Shown here one piece after another: positions 44,791-54,121 of a DNA stretch of 64,000 nt. The DNA is from Candidatus Krumholzibacteriota bacterium. GTDB taxonomy: Bacteria > Krumholzibacteriota > Krumholzibacteriia > JAJRXK01. The notes beneath the pieces are model-generated. The model was not told where the DNA came from and ran no database searches. It was given only the letters and a program-made list of their open reading frames with translations. The stretch is from positions 136,092-200,091 of the forward strand of contig CAWDWO010000026.1 of assembly GCA_963806035.1 (NCBI GenBank). Reading direction: 5' to 3'. Numbering within the stretch: position 1 is the stretch's first letter; each line of letters opens with the position of its first letter. The position numbers and the translations under genes are program-made.

Positions 44791-46719
44791 TCAGGATTTG
44801 TCCTCGTCCACCACCTCGAAATCGGCGTCTACCGGCTCGGAAGAGTCGTTTCCAGCCTCGGCCTGGCCCTCCGCCTGCTCCGTCTGGGACGAGCCGGCCG
44901 CGCCCTGAGAGGCCGAAGCCTGCTGGTAGGCTTCCGTCCCGGCCTTCTGGAGGGCGTCGCTCAGGGCCTGGGTGCGGCTCTTGACCGCGGCCAGATCCTC
45001 GGAGTCCTTCACGGACTCCAGCTCGGAAATGGCCTTCTCCACCGTCTCCTTGGTGTCGGACTGGATTTTGTCGCCCGTCTCGCTCAGCAGCTTTCGCGCC
45101 TGGTAGAGCAACGATTCGGCCTGGTTCTTGGTGTCCACTTTCTCGCGCCGCTTCTTGTCTTCGTCGGCGTGGGACTTGGCGTCCTCGACCATCCTCTCGA
45201 TTTCCGATTCGTCCAAGCCGCTCGAGGCCTGAATGACGATGCTCTGCTCCTTACCCGTCGCTTTGTCCTTGGCGTTCACGTTGAGAATCCCGTCGGCATC
45301 GATGTCGAAGCTGACCTCGATCTGCGGAATGCCACGCGGCGCGGGCGGAATGCCCGTGAGCTGGAAGCGCCCGATGGACTTGTTCCCCGCGGCCATTTCG
45401 CGTTCGCCCTGCAGTACGTGAATCTCCACCACGCTCTGGTTGTCGTCAGCCGTGGAGAAGGTCTGGGACTTCTTGGTGGGAATCGTGGTGTTGCGCTCGA
45501 TGAGCTTCGTCATCACTCCACCGAGAGTCTCGATCCCCAGACTCAGGGGCGTGACGTCCAAGAGCACCACATCGTTCAGGTGAGACTCGCCGGAGAGCAC
45601 GCCTCCCTGGATCGCGGCTCCCATCGCCACGCATTCGTCCGGATTGACCGAATGATTCGGGTCCTTGCCGAAAAGGCTCTTCACCTTTTCCTGGATCACC
45701 GGCATGCGGGTCGATCCACCGACGAGAATCACCTCGTCGATGTCAGAGGTCGAAAGCCCTGCGTCCTGCAGCGCCTTCTGACAGGGTCCCACGGTTCTCT
45801 GCACCAACGCATCGACCAGTTGCTCGAAGCGCGAACGGGTCAGAGTCTTCACGAGGTGCTTGGGGCCACTCGCGTCCGCGGTGATGAAGGGAAGATTGAT
45901 CTCCGTCTGCGTCGAGCTGGAGAGCTCGCACTTGGCGCGCTCCGCGGCTTCCTTGAGTCGCTGCATCGCCATGCTGTCCAGTGAGAGATCGATGCCCTCC
46001 GCCGACTTGAATTCCTGAACGAGCCACTCGATGACGGCCTGGTCGAAGTCGTCTCCCCCGAGATGGGTGTCGCCGTTGGTCGACTTGACCTCGAAGACGC
46101 CCTCGCCCAAATCCAAGATGGAGATGTCGAAGGTTCCACCCCCGAGGTCGAAGACGGCCACGGTCTCGTTCTTCTTCTTGTCGAGTCCGTAGGCCAGAGC
46201 GGCCGCGGTGGGCTCGTTGATGATACGCTTCACCTCGAGTCCGGCGATGCGGCCGGCGTCCTTGGTGGCTTGCCGCTGGGAGTCGTTGAAATACGCGGGA
46301 ACCGTGATCACTGCCTCGGTGACCGCTTCGCCGAGATAGGTCTCGGCGGTTTCTTTCATCTTCTGCAAGATCACGGCGGAGACCTCAGGTGGAGTGAATT
46401 CACCGGAGGGGGTCTTCACGACCACCTTCCCGCCCGGCCCCTCGATGAGCTGGTAGGGAACCTCGCTGATCTCCTCGGCCACCTCGTTGAACTGGCGGCC
46501 CATGAAACGCTTGATGGAATAGATGGTGTGCTCGGGTTGCGTCACCGCCTGGCGCTTGGCGACCACGCCGACGAGACGGTCTCCGTCCTTGTTCCACCCC
46601 ACGACCGAGGGAGTCGTCTTCTGACCCTCGGCATTGGTGATGACTTTGACTTCCGAACCCTCGACCACGGCCACGCAACTGTTCGTCGTGCCCAGGTCGA
46701 TTCCAATGATCTTGCCCAT
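44791..46719 (-). CDS. dnaK: chaperone DnaK (Hsp70)
   Basis: [37 protein letters not shown] signatures; acidic C-terminus. Confidence 0.97.
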   Translation of the reverse strand: MGKIIGIDLGTTNSCVAVVEGSEVKVITNAEGQKTTPSVVGWNKDGDRLVGVVAKRQAVTQPEHTIYSIKRFMGRQFNEVAEEISEVPYQLIEGPGGKVVVKTPSGEFTPPEVSAVILQKMKETAETYLGEAVTEAVITVPAYFNDSQRQATKDAGRIAGLEVKRIINEPTAAALAYGLDKKKNETVAVFDLGGGTFDISILDLGEGVFEVKSTNGDTHLGGDDFDQAVIEWLVQEFKSAEGIDLSLDSMAMQRLKEAAERAKCELSSSTQTEINLPFITADASGPKHLVKTLTRSRFEQLVDALVQRTVGPCQKALQDAGLSTSDIDEVILVGGSTRMPVIQEKVKSLFGKDPNHSVNPDECVAMGAAIQGGVLSGESHLNDVVLLDVTPLSLGIETLGGVMTKLIERNTTIPTKKSQTFSTADDNQSVVEIHVLQGEREMAAGNKSIGRFQLTGIPPAPRGIPQIEVSFDIDADGILNVNAKDKATGKEQSIVIQASSGLDESEIERMVEDAKSHADEDKKRREKVDTKNQAESLLYQARKLLSETGDKIQSDTKETVEKAISELESVKDSEDLAAVKSRTQALSDALQKAGTEAYQQASASQGAAGSSQTEQAEGQAEAGNDSSEPVDADFEVVDEDKS

Positions 46720-46887
46720 TCTCTTGCTTCCTTTCCTTCTGCGATAGAATCCTGGTGCCCGGGAAGACAACAATCCCCATGCCAGGGGAAGGGACTTCCA
46801 CTAAGTTCTGAAATCAGAATGAGTTGAGGGTTTCAAGGCCGAGAGCGGCTCTGCCCCTGACAGTGCCACAATGGCAGATTTCTGTCG

Positions 46888-47826
46888 TTATGGCAGGCTT
46901 CGTTCTGCCAGGCCCTGCGCGTAGCAGGCGAGCACCAGGTAGTCGTAGAGGCGCCGCCGCAGCCCCTGGGGCAAAAGCGCGGCAACCCCACCCAGCGCCG
47001 CCTGGGCCGCGCTGGGGCCGCCGAGGCGAAAGCTCTGGCGCAAGGCGAGGGCCAGTGCGCGTCGCGGCCCTTCGAGCTCATCCAGGGGCGTGACAAGAAG
47101 ATCCAGCTGCATCTCGCGCAGGCGCTGGGGATGCAGACGGGCGATCAGGGGCAGAGACGAGCGCCCGCATTCGCGCTTCTTGTGCAGATACTCCGCGAGG
47201 GTGTGGTGGTGCACGTGGTAGCCGAGAGCCCCCTCCAGGAAGTGAAAGTCCAGCCCCGCTCGCTCCTCGAGCCGGAATGCCAGTTCCATGTCCTCGAATC
47301 CGTAGGACGCAAAGCGCTCGTCGAAGCCCTCGCAGAGCTCGAGCGCGGCGCGCGGCAGCGATACGTTTTGCGTGAGAAAGTAGCGCGCCGGTACCGGCCC
47401 GTCCGGGGAACACTTCGCGAGCCCCTGGCCATCGAGATACTCGAAAAGAGTCGAATCCACGATTTCAGGAAGGGTCTTCACCTCGGCCAACCACACGCCG
47501 GGGTGGCGCTCTTGCGCGGCGGCATGAGCGGACAGGGCATTGGCCGTGAGCAGGATGTCATCGTCCAAGAAGAGCACGCTTTCCCCGCGGGCGTGGCGCC
47601 AGCCGTGATTGCGAGCTCGTGAGCGCCCCTCGTTCTGCGAGAGCACGAGCGCGCGCAGCGGAAGCCGTCTCCCCCATTCCCGCAGGACCTCCTCCGTCGC
47701 GTCCTGTGAGCCGTCATCCACCACCACGAGTTCCCACTCGGGAAGGTAACGCTGTCGGCTGAGAGCTTTCAGGGTGCGCCGCAGAAGTTGCGGTTTGCAG
47801 TGTGTGGGAACGACGACGCTGATCAC
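46888..47826 (-). CDS. family 2 glycosyltransferase
   Basis: VISVVVPTHCK...LSRQRY...VVVDDGS...LFLDDD (DxD) GT-A signatures; likely GTG start overlapping the upstream GT4 TGA. Confidence 0.75.
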   Translation of the reverse strand: MISVVVPTHCKPQLLRRTLKALSRQRYLPEWELVVVDDGSQDATEEVLREWGRRLPLRALVLSQNEGRSRARNHGWRHARGESVLFLDDDILLTANALSAHAAAQERHPGVWLAEVKTLPEIVDSTLFEYLDGQGLAKCSPDGPVPARYFLTQNVSLPRAALELCEGFDERFASYGFEDMELAFRLEERAGLDFHFLEGALGYHVHHHTLAEYLHKKRECGRSSLPLIARLHPQRLREMQLDLLVTPLDELEGPRRALALALRQSFRLGGPSAAQAALGGVAALLPQGLRRRLYDYLVLACYAQGLAERSLP

Positions 47827-48956
47827 GAGAGCCCCCTCTCCTGGATCGAACGCAGTTCGGATGGAAGAGGCCGGTTGTCCGTGAAGTGTTCGTAGAGGCG
47901 CAGCATCCACTGCATGTTCAGCTCGTGATCGGCGCGCTTGCGAACTTCGCTCGCGCACGACTTTCCAAACTCATCGCGGAGAGCGGCGTCATCCAGCAGC
48001 TTTGTGAGCGCGTCCACCAGAGCGCCTTCGTCGCGCGGGGGCACCACCAGTCCGTTCTCACCGTCCCTGATCCACTCCAGAGAGGAGGGCAGAGAGGAAA
48101 CCACGATGGCGCGGCCACAGGCCATGGCCTCCAGCAGTGAAACCGCGGTTGCGTCGACAGAGGGAACGCTCACGAAGACGTCGCTGGCCACCAGGTAATC
48201 CGCGAAATCCTCGTGCGGGATTCTGCCCACGAAGTGAGTTTGACGGTCCAGACCGGCCCGCTTCGCCAATGCGCGGAAGGGCGACTGATCGCCCTCGTAG
48301 CCGGCGAAAATCACATGGAGCGCGGGCCGCTCCTTTTGCAGGCGCGCCGTCGCATCGATGATGACATCGATGTTGTAGTAGGCCTGGGTGAAGGAGCGCG
48401 GTGAAAAGACGACGGGGGCCGACTCGGGAATCCCCAGTTCTTCACGAACCCGGCTCGGACGCTCGGGATGGAAAATGGAAAAGTCGACGCCCCACTGGAT
48501 CTCGTAACAGGTGGCGGGATCGGCCCCGAGAGCGACGCAGCTCTTGAGGATGTCCACCGAGTCGCCGCTGACCGCGCAGGCAGAGCGCAGGGCGCGCCGG
48601 GCCAACCAACCCTTCAGCGCATTTTCATGCGGGGTGACATACACGTCATCACCCCACACCGTCAAAAGGTTGGGCGTGAAGCGCGAGTAGTGACCCCAAT
48701 AACCATAGCCGGTGAGGAAGTGCGTGTGGAGCAGATCGGGCTTCAGTCCCTTCAGGATCTTCCGCACTTTCCTCAGACTCAACCAGTAGCGCAGCGGCTT
48801 GAAGGGAGCGCGCGTGCGAATGTCGTGCACCTGCACCCCTTCGATGGGTCCTGGTTGCACCGTGAGGAGATGGCATTCGTGACCGCGCCGCGCGAAGTAC
48901 TGGATCCAGCGCTCGGTATGCAGGTGCCGGCCTATGCTCAAGTATGCGATGCGCAC
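47823..48956 (-). CDS. family 4 (GT-B) glycosyltransferase
   Basis: N-terminal RIAYLSIGRHLHTERW, C-terminal GT1-like domain (EGFGL/E...E motif region); the track start at 49064 lies inside tRNA-Leu, so a GTG near 48956 is proposed. Confidence 0.7.
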   Translation of the reverse strand: MRIAYLSIGRHLHTERWIQYFARRGHECHLLTVQPGPIEGVQVHDIRTRAPFKPLRYWLSLRKVRKILKGLKPDLLHTHFLTGYGYWGHYSRFTPNLLTVWGDDVYVTPHENALKGWLARRALRSACAVSGDSVDILKSCVALGADPATCYEIQWGVDFSIFHPERPSRVREELGIPESAPVVFSPRSFTQAYYNIDVIIDATARLQKERPALHVIFAGYEGDQSPFRALAKRAGLDRQTHFVGRIPHEDFADYLVASDVFVSVPSVDATAVSLLEAMACGRAIVVSSLPSSLEWIRDGENGLVVPPRDEGALVDALTKLLDDAALRDEFGKSCASEVRKRADHELNMQWMLRLYEHFTDNRPLPSELRSIQERGLS

Positions 48957-49030
48957 GCGTGCCTTCCGCCTCAAAGCGCCGAGACGCTGCCCGAGATCTG
49001 GTATTGCCCTGTTTGCAGGCGCGGTGGTTC

Positions 49031-49114
49031 TGCCCGGGGAGGGAATCGAACCCTCACGAAGCAAGCTTCTGGGGATTTTAAGTCCCCTGCGTCTACCAAT
49101 TCCGCCACCCGGGC
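49031..49114 (-). tRNA. tRNA-Leu (anticodon UAA), long variable arm
   Basis: Minus-strand sequence GCCCGGGTGGCGGAATTGGTAGACGCAGGGGACTTAAAATCCCCAGAAGCTTGCTTCGTGAGGGTTCGATTCCCTCCCCGGGCA. Confidence 0.85.
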
Positions 49115-49156
49115 TCCGTCAGTACCAAAATCCGCGCCATCTGGGAATTGGGCAAG

Positions 49157-49192
49157 CGAAAACGCGGATGACGCATCCAGCGTCATCCGCGT
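49157..49192 (-). terminator. rho-independent terminator after tRNA-Cys
   Basis: Perfect 12-bp stem CGCGGATGACGC-auCCA-GCGTCATCCGCG (plus 49163..49191) followed on the minus strand by UUUUCGC. Confidence 0.6.
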
Positions 49193-49253
49193 GGCAAACT
49201 CGATTCCAAACTCAGCCCACCACTCTCGGGGCGCGGGCCGTGCTCGGGTCGTA

Positions 49254-49330
49254 TGGAGGCGGCACCCAGATTCGAACTGGGGAATAACGGTTTTGCAAAC
49301 CGTCGCCTTGGACCACTTGGCTATGCCGCC
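49254..49330 (-). tRNA. tRNA-Cys (anticodon GCA)
   Basis: Minus-strand sequence GGCGGCATAGCCAAGTGGTCCAAGGCGACGGTTTGCAAAACCGTTATTCCCCAGTTCGAATCTGGGTGCCGCCTCCA; discriminator U73; CCA encoded. Confidence 0.85.
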
Positions 49331-49339
49331 GGGAAGCGA

Positions 49340-49415
<76 letters not shown>

Positions 49416-49454
49416 TCCTTGAAAACCAAGAATTCCCACCGTGTGGGACTGCTT

Positions 49455-49482
49455 AGTTTAGCTAATGAGGCCCCTCCGTCAA
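49455..49482 (-). promoter_or_regulatory. sigma70-like promoter (TTGACG-N16-TAAACT) for the tRNA-Gly/tRNA-Cys unit
   Basis: Minus strand ttGACGgaggggcctcattagcTAAACTaagcag sits ~40 nt upstream of the tRNA-Gly 5' end and overlaps the SPOR gene stop. Confidence 0.45.
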
Positions 49483-50186
49483 GAGCCGGAATCCTTGGCG
49501 TTTTCCAGGATCGTGGTGGTGACCACCCAGGCCCCGTCATATCCGTAGCCGCGGAGCCGATCCCGCAATTGCAAGGCGAGGGCCCGATCACTGAAGTCTC
49601 CCACGCGAACCTTGTAATAGGGGCTCTCGAAGACCACGTAGACCGTCTCGGGGACGCGTGTGCGAGCCACCCTGGCCACCTCTTCGGCGCTGTTCTTGTC
49701 GCCAGAGGCCGCAATCTGTACGCGGAAACCTCGGCGCGCTGCGGGGCGGCTCCCCTCGATGGGCGTTTTCACGCTGGGCTCCACCGGCGCGGTGACGCTT
49801 TGGGGGATCTTTGCCGCATTGCTATCGCCTTGGGCCTCTCCTTGCACCTTGGGCATCTGCTCGAGTTCGGTTGGAGCCACCTTGCTCTTTTCGAGGCTCG
49901 CCGCCTCCACTTCCTCCGGAGAAGGCGGCAGACGATCCTCTTCGAATTCCACGTCCTTCGTGACCGGAGCCTCGCCCTCGCTTTGGAGCCGGTACTCTTG
50001 CTTGCCATCGGCGTCCTGCGAGTGGGTGGACTCGCTCTCTTGCTGAGCGGTCTGCTGCGTGCTCTCTTGCTCGGCCGCGGGATCGCTCTTCACGCTCGAC
50101 GCGGGAGGCGAAGAGCACGCGCTCAGCCCAAGCGCGAGGATGAGGGGAAGAACTCGCGCGATCGTACCCTGAAAGTCGCTTCGCAT
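49479..50186 (-). CDS. SPOR-domain lipoprotein
   Basis: Lipoprotein signal MRSDFQGTIARVLPLILALGLSAC from the ATG at 50186 (GAGGAG RBS); low-complexity acidic linker; C-terminal SPOR domain (FRVQIAASGDKNSAEEVARVA...YKVRVGDFSDRALALQLRDRLRGYGYDGAWVV). Confidence 0.75.
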   Translation of the reverse strand: MRSDFQGTIARVLPLILALGLSACSSPPASSVKSDPAAEQESTQQTAQQESESTHSQDADGKQEYRLQSEGEAPVTKDVEFEEDRLPPSPEEVEAASLEKSKVAPTELEQMPKVQGEAQGDSNAAKIPQSVTAPVEPSVKTPIEGSRPAARRGFRVQIAASGDKNSAEEVARVARTRVPETVYVVFESPYYKVRVGDFSDRALALQLRDRLRGYGYDGAWVVTTTILENAKDSGS

Positions 50187-50212
50187 CACAAACTCCTCAG
50201 CACCGGGTGAAT

Positions 50213-52072
50213 TCAAGAACCGCCGATGTATCCCAGCGACTTGAGCCGCTGAAGGTCAAGAGCCGAGCGCTTTGCGTGCGGCGTCCAGGCTGCTCGGCGT
50301 CCCCAGGTGGCCGGACCATCTTTGTCGCTTCCGGCCATGTCTTTGGCCGGGGGGATCCCCAGGATTCGCAAGAAGGACGGCGCGAGTTGAAGCACGGATC
50401 CCTCCCCCTTCGCCAAAGAAGATGGAATCGCCCATGCAAGCCGTTCCTTTTTCTGAACCCGCGAGAACACGAAGCAAAGTTCGCTGCCCTTGGGAACTTC
50501 CTCTACCACTTTCTGCAGCAATTCATCCAGAAAATTCGCATAGAGGACTTCCAGCCGCTCTCCCATCTCCTTGGAAGGACCGGCCGGAATTCGCCTCACC
50601 GCCCGCTCCAGAATGTCCGCGCCCCCCAGATGACAGATACGTCCCTGCTGGGCGTCAGTGCCCATTCCCTTCAGGATCAGTGAGGAGTGAAAGAGATCAC
50701 TGGCGAGCGCGTAGCGCCAGGCCTCGGCCACCTCTTGCAGGTCGTGCAGGGGCAAGTTGTTCAGAAGGGAATCGCCTCGCACCAGGGAGGAATACCCGCT
50801 CTGCTCCATGAGGGCCGCCCGCAGATCGGCCAAGAGCCCCTCTTGCGCCGGTTGCACGAGCAGGGTGTCTGCCGCTGAGTCCGCGCCCTCCCACAGGCGC
50901 AAAAAACAGCGATCGCTGACCACGGTGAGGCCCTCGTGGCGCGCGGCGGGGTAGGTCGCCCAGGCGTTCACCACCTCCATTTTCAAACCCATCCGCACCG
51001 CGATCTCCCAAAACGGAGGACGGAGGAGTTCTCGCTGATCGTGAGCCTTCTCCTTGGTCAATCCGATGCCCGGGAGCAGTCCACGGAGCATCAGCGCCAA
51101 CAGGGGTTGGCGACGCGCCCGGGTCAAATCGCTCGCCACCCCCTTGGGCCCGCTGGAGGACGCGCGGTTGAGGCCGTGAACCTCCGGCGGAAATCCGGTG
51201 GCGACACAATTCCAGAAACTCTCCGGGTGCAGCGCGAGGCCCGGGGCTTGCAGGGTCCGCGCGGGCTCGCCGAGCTGGCGCTGGAGTCCGGGAAGGTCGG
51301 CGGGACTTTCCCCGTCCACCGTGAACAAGATGAGGCTTCGTTTTGGTGCGACCGTCACCGCGGGATGGACTTCGTCCAGGGTGGGAAGCGGCCGCAGATG
51401 ACGGTAGGGTCCCAAGAGAAGGAGTCCCGCTGCCAAGACGAACAACAGCAAGATGACCCGCGGGGTGTGGCGCGCGCTCTTTCTCTCCTCATCGAGTTCG
51501 AACTGATCCAATCGAACGACGGCCAATAGAGCGCGAAAGAGCCTTCCGAAGGCCACCCCGAGCGCGGCGCAGAACAGACTCGCCAAGAGAGCGGCCACGA
51601 ACCAGGTGGAGCCATGAATCTTGGGCAGGACGAAGCGTCCCACCACATCGCTCAAATACAGCCCGAAGAGTAGCGAGGAGACGAAGAACACCGCCAACTC
51701 GCCGCGGCGGCGTGCGGAGAAGCCGTTCCGGCGCGCGCTGAGGAGGAGCGGATAACTGAGCAAGCTCACCAGGACCCCACCCGAGATCGCGGCCGCCAGC
51801 ACCAGGTCGAAACTCAACCACAGAAGATCGTGGAGCTTGTCGAGGATCTCCGTCTGCGCAACCGCCACGGAGACCGTGAGCAAGAGACCGGTGAGAGCTC
51901 CTCCTCCCGCTCCCAGCCACAGCCCGGCCAAGAGAGCGCTGCGCGAGGGGCTGCGGCCGCGCGAGACTTTCTCCGCGACGAAGGTCTCCACCGGAGAACG
52001 CAGATAGCCCAGTTCGCGGAGCCGGGCCAGTCCTTGCCGGAGACGTTCTTCGTCTTGGGGACTGCGCGGCAT
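50213..52072 (-). CDS. membrane protein with ~5 N-terminal TM helices and a C-terminal alkaline-phosphatase-superfamily (nucleotide-pyrophosphatase / LtaS-like) domain
   Basis: Five hydrophobic helices in the first ~230 aa, then LILFTVDGESPADL and ATGFPPEVHGL (cf. NPP TGLYPESHG) AlkP-core motifs; translationally coupled (3-nt spacer, AAGGAA RBS) to the upstream polyprenyl synthase. Confidence 0.5.
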   Translation of the reverse strand: MPRSPQDEERLRQGLARLRELGYLRSPVETFVAEKVSRGRSPSRSALLAGLWLGAGGGALTGLLLTVSVAVAQTEILDKLHDLLWLSFDLVLAAAISGGVLVSLLSYPLLLSARRNGFSARRRGELAVFFVSSLLFGLYLSDVVGRFVLPKIHGSTWFVAALLASLFCAALGVAFGRLFRALLAVVRLDQFELDEERKSARHTPRVILLLFVLAAGLLLLGPYRHLRPLPTLDEVHPAVTVAPKRSLILFTVDGESPADLPGLQRQLGEPARTLQAPGLALHPESFWNCVATGFPPEVHGLNRASSSGPKGVASDLTRARRQPLLALMLRGLLPGIGLTKEKAHDQRELLRPPFWEIAVRMGLKMEVVNAWATYPAARHEGLTVVSDRCFLRLWEGADSAADTLLVQPAQEGLLADLRAALMEQSGYSSLVRGDSLLNNLPLHDLQEVAEAWRYALASDLFHSSLILKGMGTDAQQGRICHLGGADILERAVRRIPAGPSKEMGERLEVLYANFLDELLQKVVEEVPKGSELCFVFSRVQKKERLAWAIPSSLAKGEGSVLQLAPSFLRILGIPPAKDMAGSDKDGPATWGRRAAWTPHAKRSALDLQRLKSLGYIGGS

Positions 52073-52075
52073 CGG

Positions 52076-52960
52076 CTAGTTCCTTCTGGATGCGACGAAG
52101 GAGCAGAGTTCACGCAGAAGCGGATCGGGATTCTCCAGATGAACCAGGCTGTCGCTTGCCGTCGCCAGGAGTCGATTCATGATTTCCTCGCTGGCCTCGG
52201 CTCCCAGCGAGCTGACGAAGGTCGCCTTGCCTCGATCCTTGCGCGCGTCCTTTCCCATTTCCTGCGCGTGCCCGAATGCGTCCAGGAGGTCGTCCTTGAT
52301 CTGAAAGGCCAACCCGAGATTTCGTGCGTAATTGGCCGCGACTTCCTCCAGGCGTTCATCCCCCTTGCTCAGGCGAACTCCCGCGCGCGCGCAAGCTCCG
52401 AAGAGTTCGCCGGTCTTGTGCCGGTGAATGTACTCGAGTGTATCGAGCTCGCGCATCTGTGCCGGGAGATGGAGATCGACGTGTTGTCCGCCGATCATCC
52501 CATTCACGCCGACCGCCCTGGCGAAGAGCGCGGTGAGTCTCAGGTGCTGATTCTTCGCGTCGACTTCGCCCAGAATTTCGAAGGCCCGCGCCAAGTTGGC
52601 CGTCGCGACCAGGATCGCGGTATCGACACCGAAGACCAGATGGCAACAGGGCAATCCCCGGCGCGTACGCGCGTCATCCATGCTCGGCAGATCGTCCAGA
52701 ATCAGAGAAGCGCTGTGGATCAATTCCACCGCGGTCGCCGCATCCAGCACGAGTTTCTCGTCCGCCCTCGCCGCGGAGCGCGACCACAGATCGATGACGG
52801 CGGCGCGGATGCGCTTGCCGGGAGCAAGCAGAGTATAGCCGAGAGCTTCCCGCAGGCGTGGGGTATGAGCGTGCTCTTTCGCTTCGACGGCGGCAAGGAG
52901 CCGTGGATGAAGGTGGCGGGCAAACTCTTCCAGATACTTCGCGAGAGACGCATCTCCCAC
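52076..52960 (-). CDS. polyprenyl diphosphate synthase (short-chain trans-IPPS family; second copy in the window)
   Basis: First Asp-rich motif LILDDLPSMDDARTRRG and second FQIKDDLLD; 294 aa. Confidence 0.8.
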   Translation of the reverse strand: MGDASLAKYLEEFARHLHPRLLAAVEAKEHAHTPRLREALGYTLLAPGKRIRAAVIDLWSRSAARADEKLVLDAATAVELIHSASLILDDLPSMDDARTRRGLPCCHLVFGVDTAILVATANLARAFEILGEVDAKNQHLRLTALFARAVGVNGMIGGQHVDLHLPAQMRELDTLEYIHRHKTGELFGACARAGVRLSKGDERLEEVAANYARNLGLAFQIKDDLLDAFGHAQEMGKDARKDRGKATFVSSLGAEASEEIMNRLLATASDSLVHLENPDPLLRELCSFVASRRN

Positions 52961-52982
52961 AATCGTTCCTCCCCTGCCGCCC

Positions 52983-54104
52983 CTACTTCGCCGCCATCCG
53001 ACGAAGCAAGCGCGCCGTAGCCTCTACCATGGTCTCCTGATCGAAGTTCCGCAACACATGCTCGCGGCCGGCCACCCCCATGGCTTTCGCCCGCTCGGGC
53101 TCGCCGAGCAGTTCATCGATTGCCTGGGCAAGGGCGCTCGCATCCGACGGCGCCACGAGCAGTCCGGTCTTCCCTTCCACCACCATCTCCTCGATCGAAC
53201 CCACCCGGGTGGAGATGACCGGGAGCTCGGCAGCCATCCCTTCCAGTACACACAGCGGGAAGGTCTCGACAACGGGGTGCGAGCAGAGGACGAGGAGATC
53301 AGCAAGAGAGAGAATCCGCGGCACGTCGTCGCGAAGTCCCAGCCAGTGGAGACGATCGCTGACGCCGAGCTTGTCCGCGTGCGCCCGGATGGCGGATTCA
53401 CGCGCGCCCGTTCCCACGATGGCCAAATGGGCTCGAGGCTCGTGAGCACTGCTCTGCAACGCTTCGAGAATCAGCTCGTGGTGCTTTTCGGGACGCAAAG
53501 CGGCGACGATGATCAGGAGCGGGTTCTGCAGGGGAAGTCCGAGTTCGCGTCGGAGCGCAACCCGCTCCTCGTTGGAAGGACGTGGCGCGAAGCGGTGCGT
53601 GTCGATTCCGTTGTGGATGACGGCGATCCGCTCCGGCGCGATTCCCATTTCCTCTTGCAGATAGCTCGCCTGCCGGTGGCTCACCGCGACCACCGTATCG
53701 GACAGGGGCATCAGGACCCGATCCAGCAGATTGAGACTGGGGCTGCCGTCAGCACGTCTGGTGCGATGCACCGCGCAGAGCTGATGCGGGACGCCGGCCA
53801 GGCGTGCGGCCAGCCGTCCCAAGAAGAGGGCGTTGCCGTGATCGAGGACGTAGAGCAGGTCGCAGGAGAGGCCGGCCAGGTGACGGACGAGACGCGGCAG
53901 GGCAAGGAGAGACTTGGGCTCTGGCAGCAGTTGAGCTTCGACCTCTACCCCCGCGGCCTCGATCTCCGAGCCGATTTCTCCCAGTCCGCGGAAGGTCGTG
54001 AGCGCCGTCTCGATGCCCTGCCCTGGAAGTCCCAGACAGAGCGACTGGACGACCCGCTCGGCGCCTCCCACCGGCAGACGGTCGGCCAGAAAGCGAACTC
54101 TCAA
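52983..54104 (-). CDS. family 4 (GT-B) glycosyltransferase
   Basis: RVRFLADRLPVGGAERVV N-terminus typical of GT4; C-terminal EGMAAELPVISTRVG...E motif; probable TTG start at 54104 (the upper part of the 695-aa track ORF is an artefact over WbpB). Confidence 0.7.
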   Translation of the reverse strand: MRVRFLADRLPVGGAERVVQSLCLGLPGQGIETALTTFRGLGEIGSEIEAAGVEVEAQLLPEPKSLLALPRLVRHLAGLSCDLLYVLDHGNALFLGRLAARLAGVPHQLCAVHRTRRADGSPSLNLLDRVLMPLSDTVVAVSHRQASYLQEEMGIAPERIAVIHNGIDTHRFAPRPSNEERVALRRELGLPLQNPLLIIVAALRPEKHHELILEALQSSAHEPRAHLAIVGTGARESAIRAHADKLGVSDRLHWLGLRDDVPRILSLADLLVLCSHPVVETFPLCVLEGMAAELPVISTRVGSIEEMVVEGKTGLLVAPSDASALAQAIDELLGEPERAKAMGVAGREHVLRNFDQETMVEATARLLRRMAAK

Positions 54105-54121
54105 TTTGCTGCTCGGGGAAT

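Noticed and set aside
46774-46887. sigma54-like TGGCAT-N5-TTGT element and CTTGAAA (sigma32-like -35) upstream of dnaK
   Set aside because: The -12 element deviates (TTGT instead of TTGC) and no CCCCAT -10 follows the CTTGAAA. No CIRCE inverted repeat (TTAGCACTC-N9-GAGTGCTAA) was found. The support is too weak to call a promoter.
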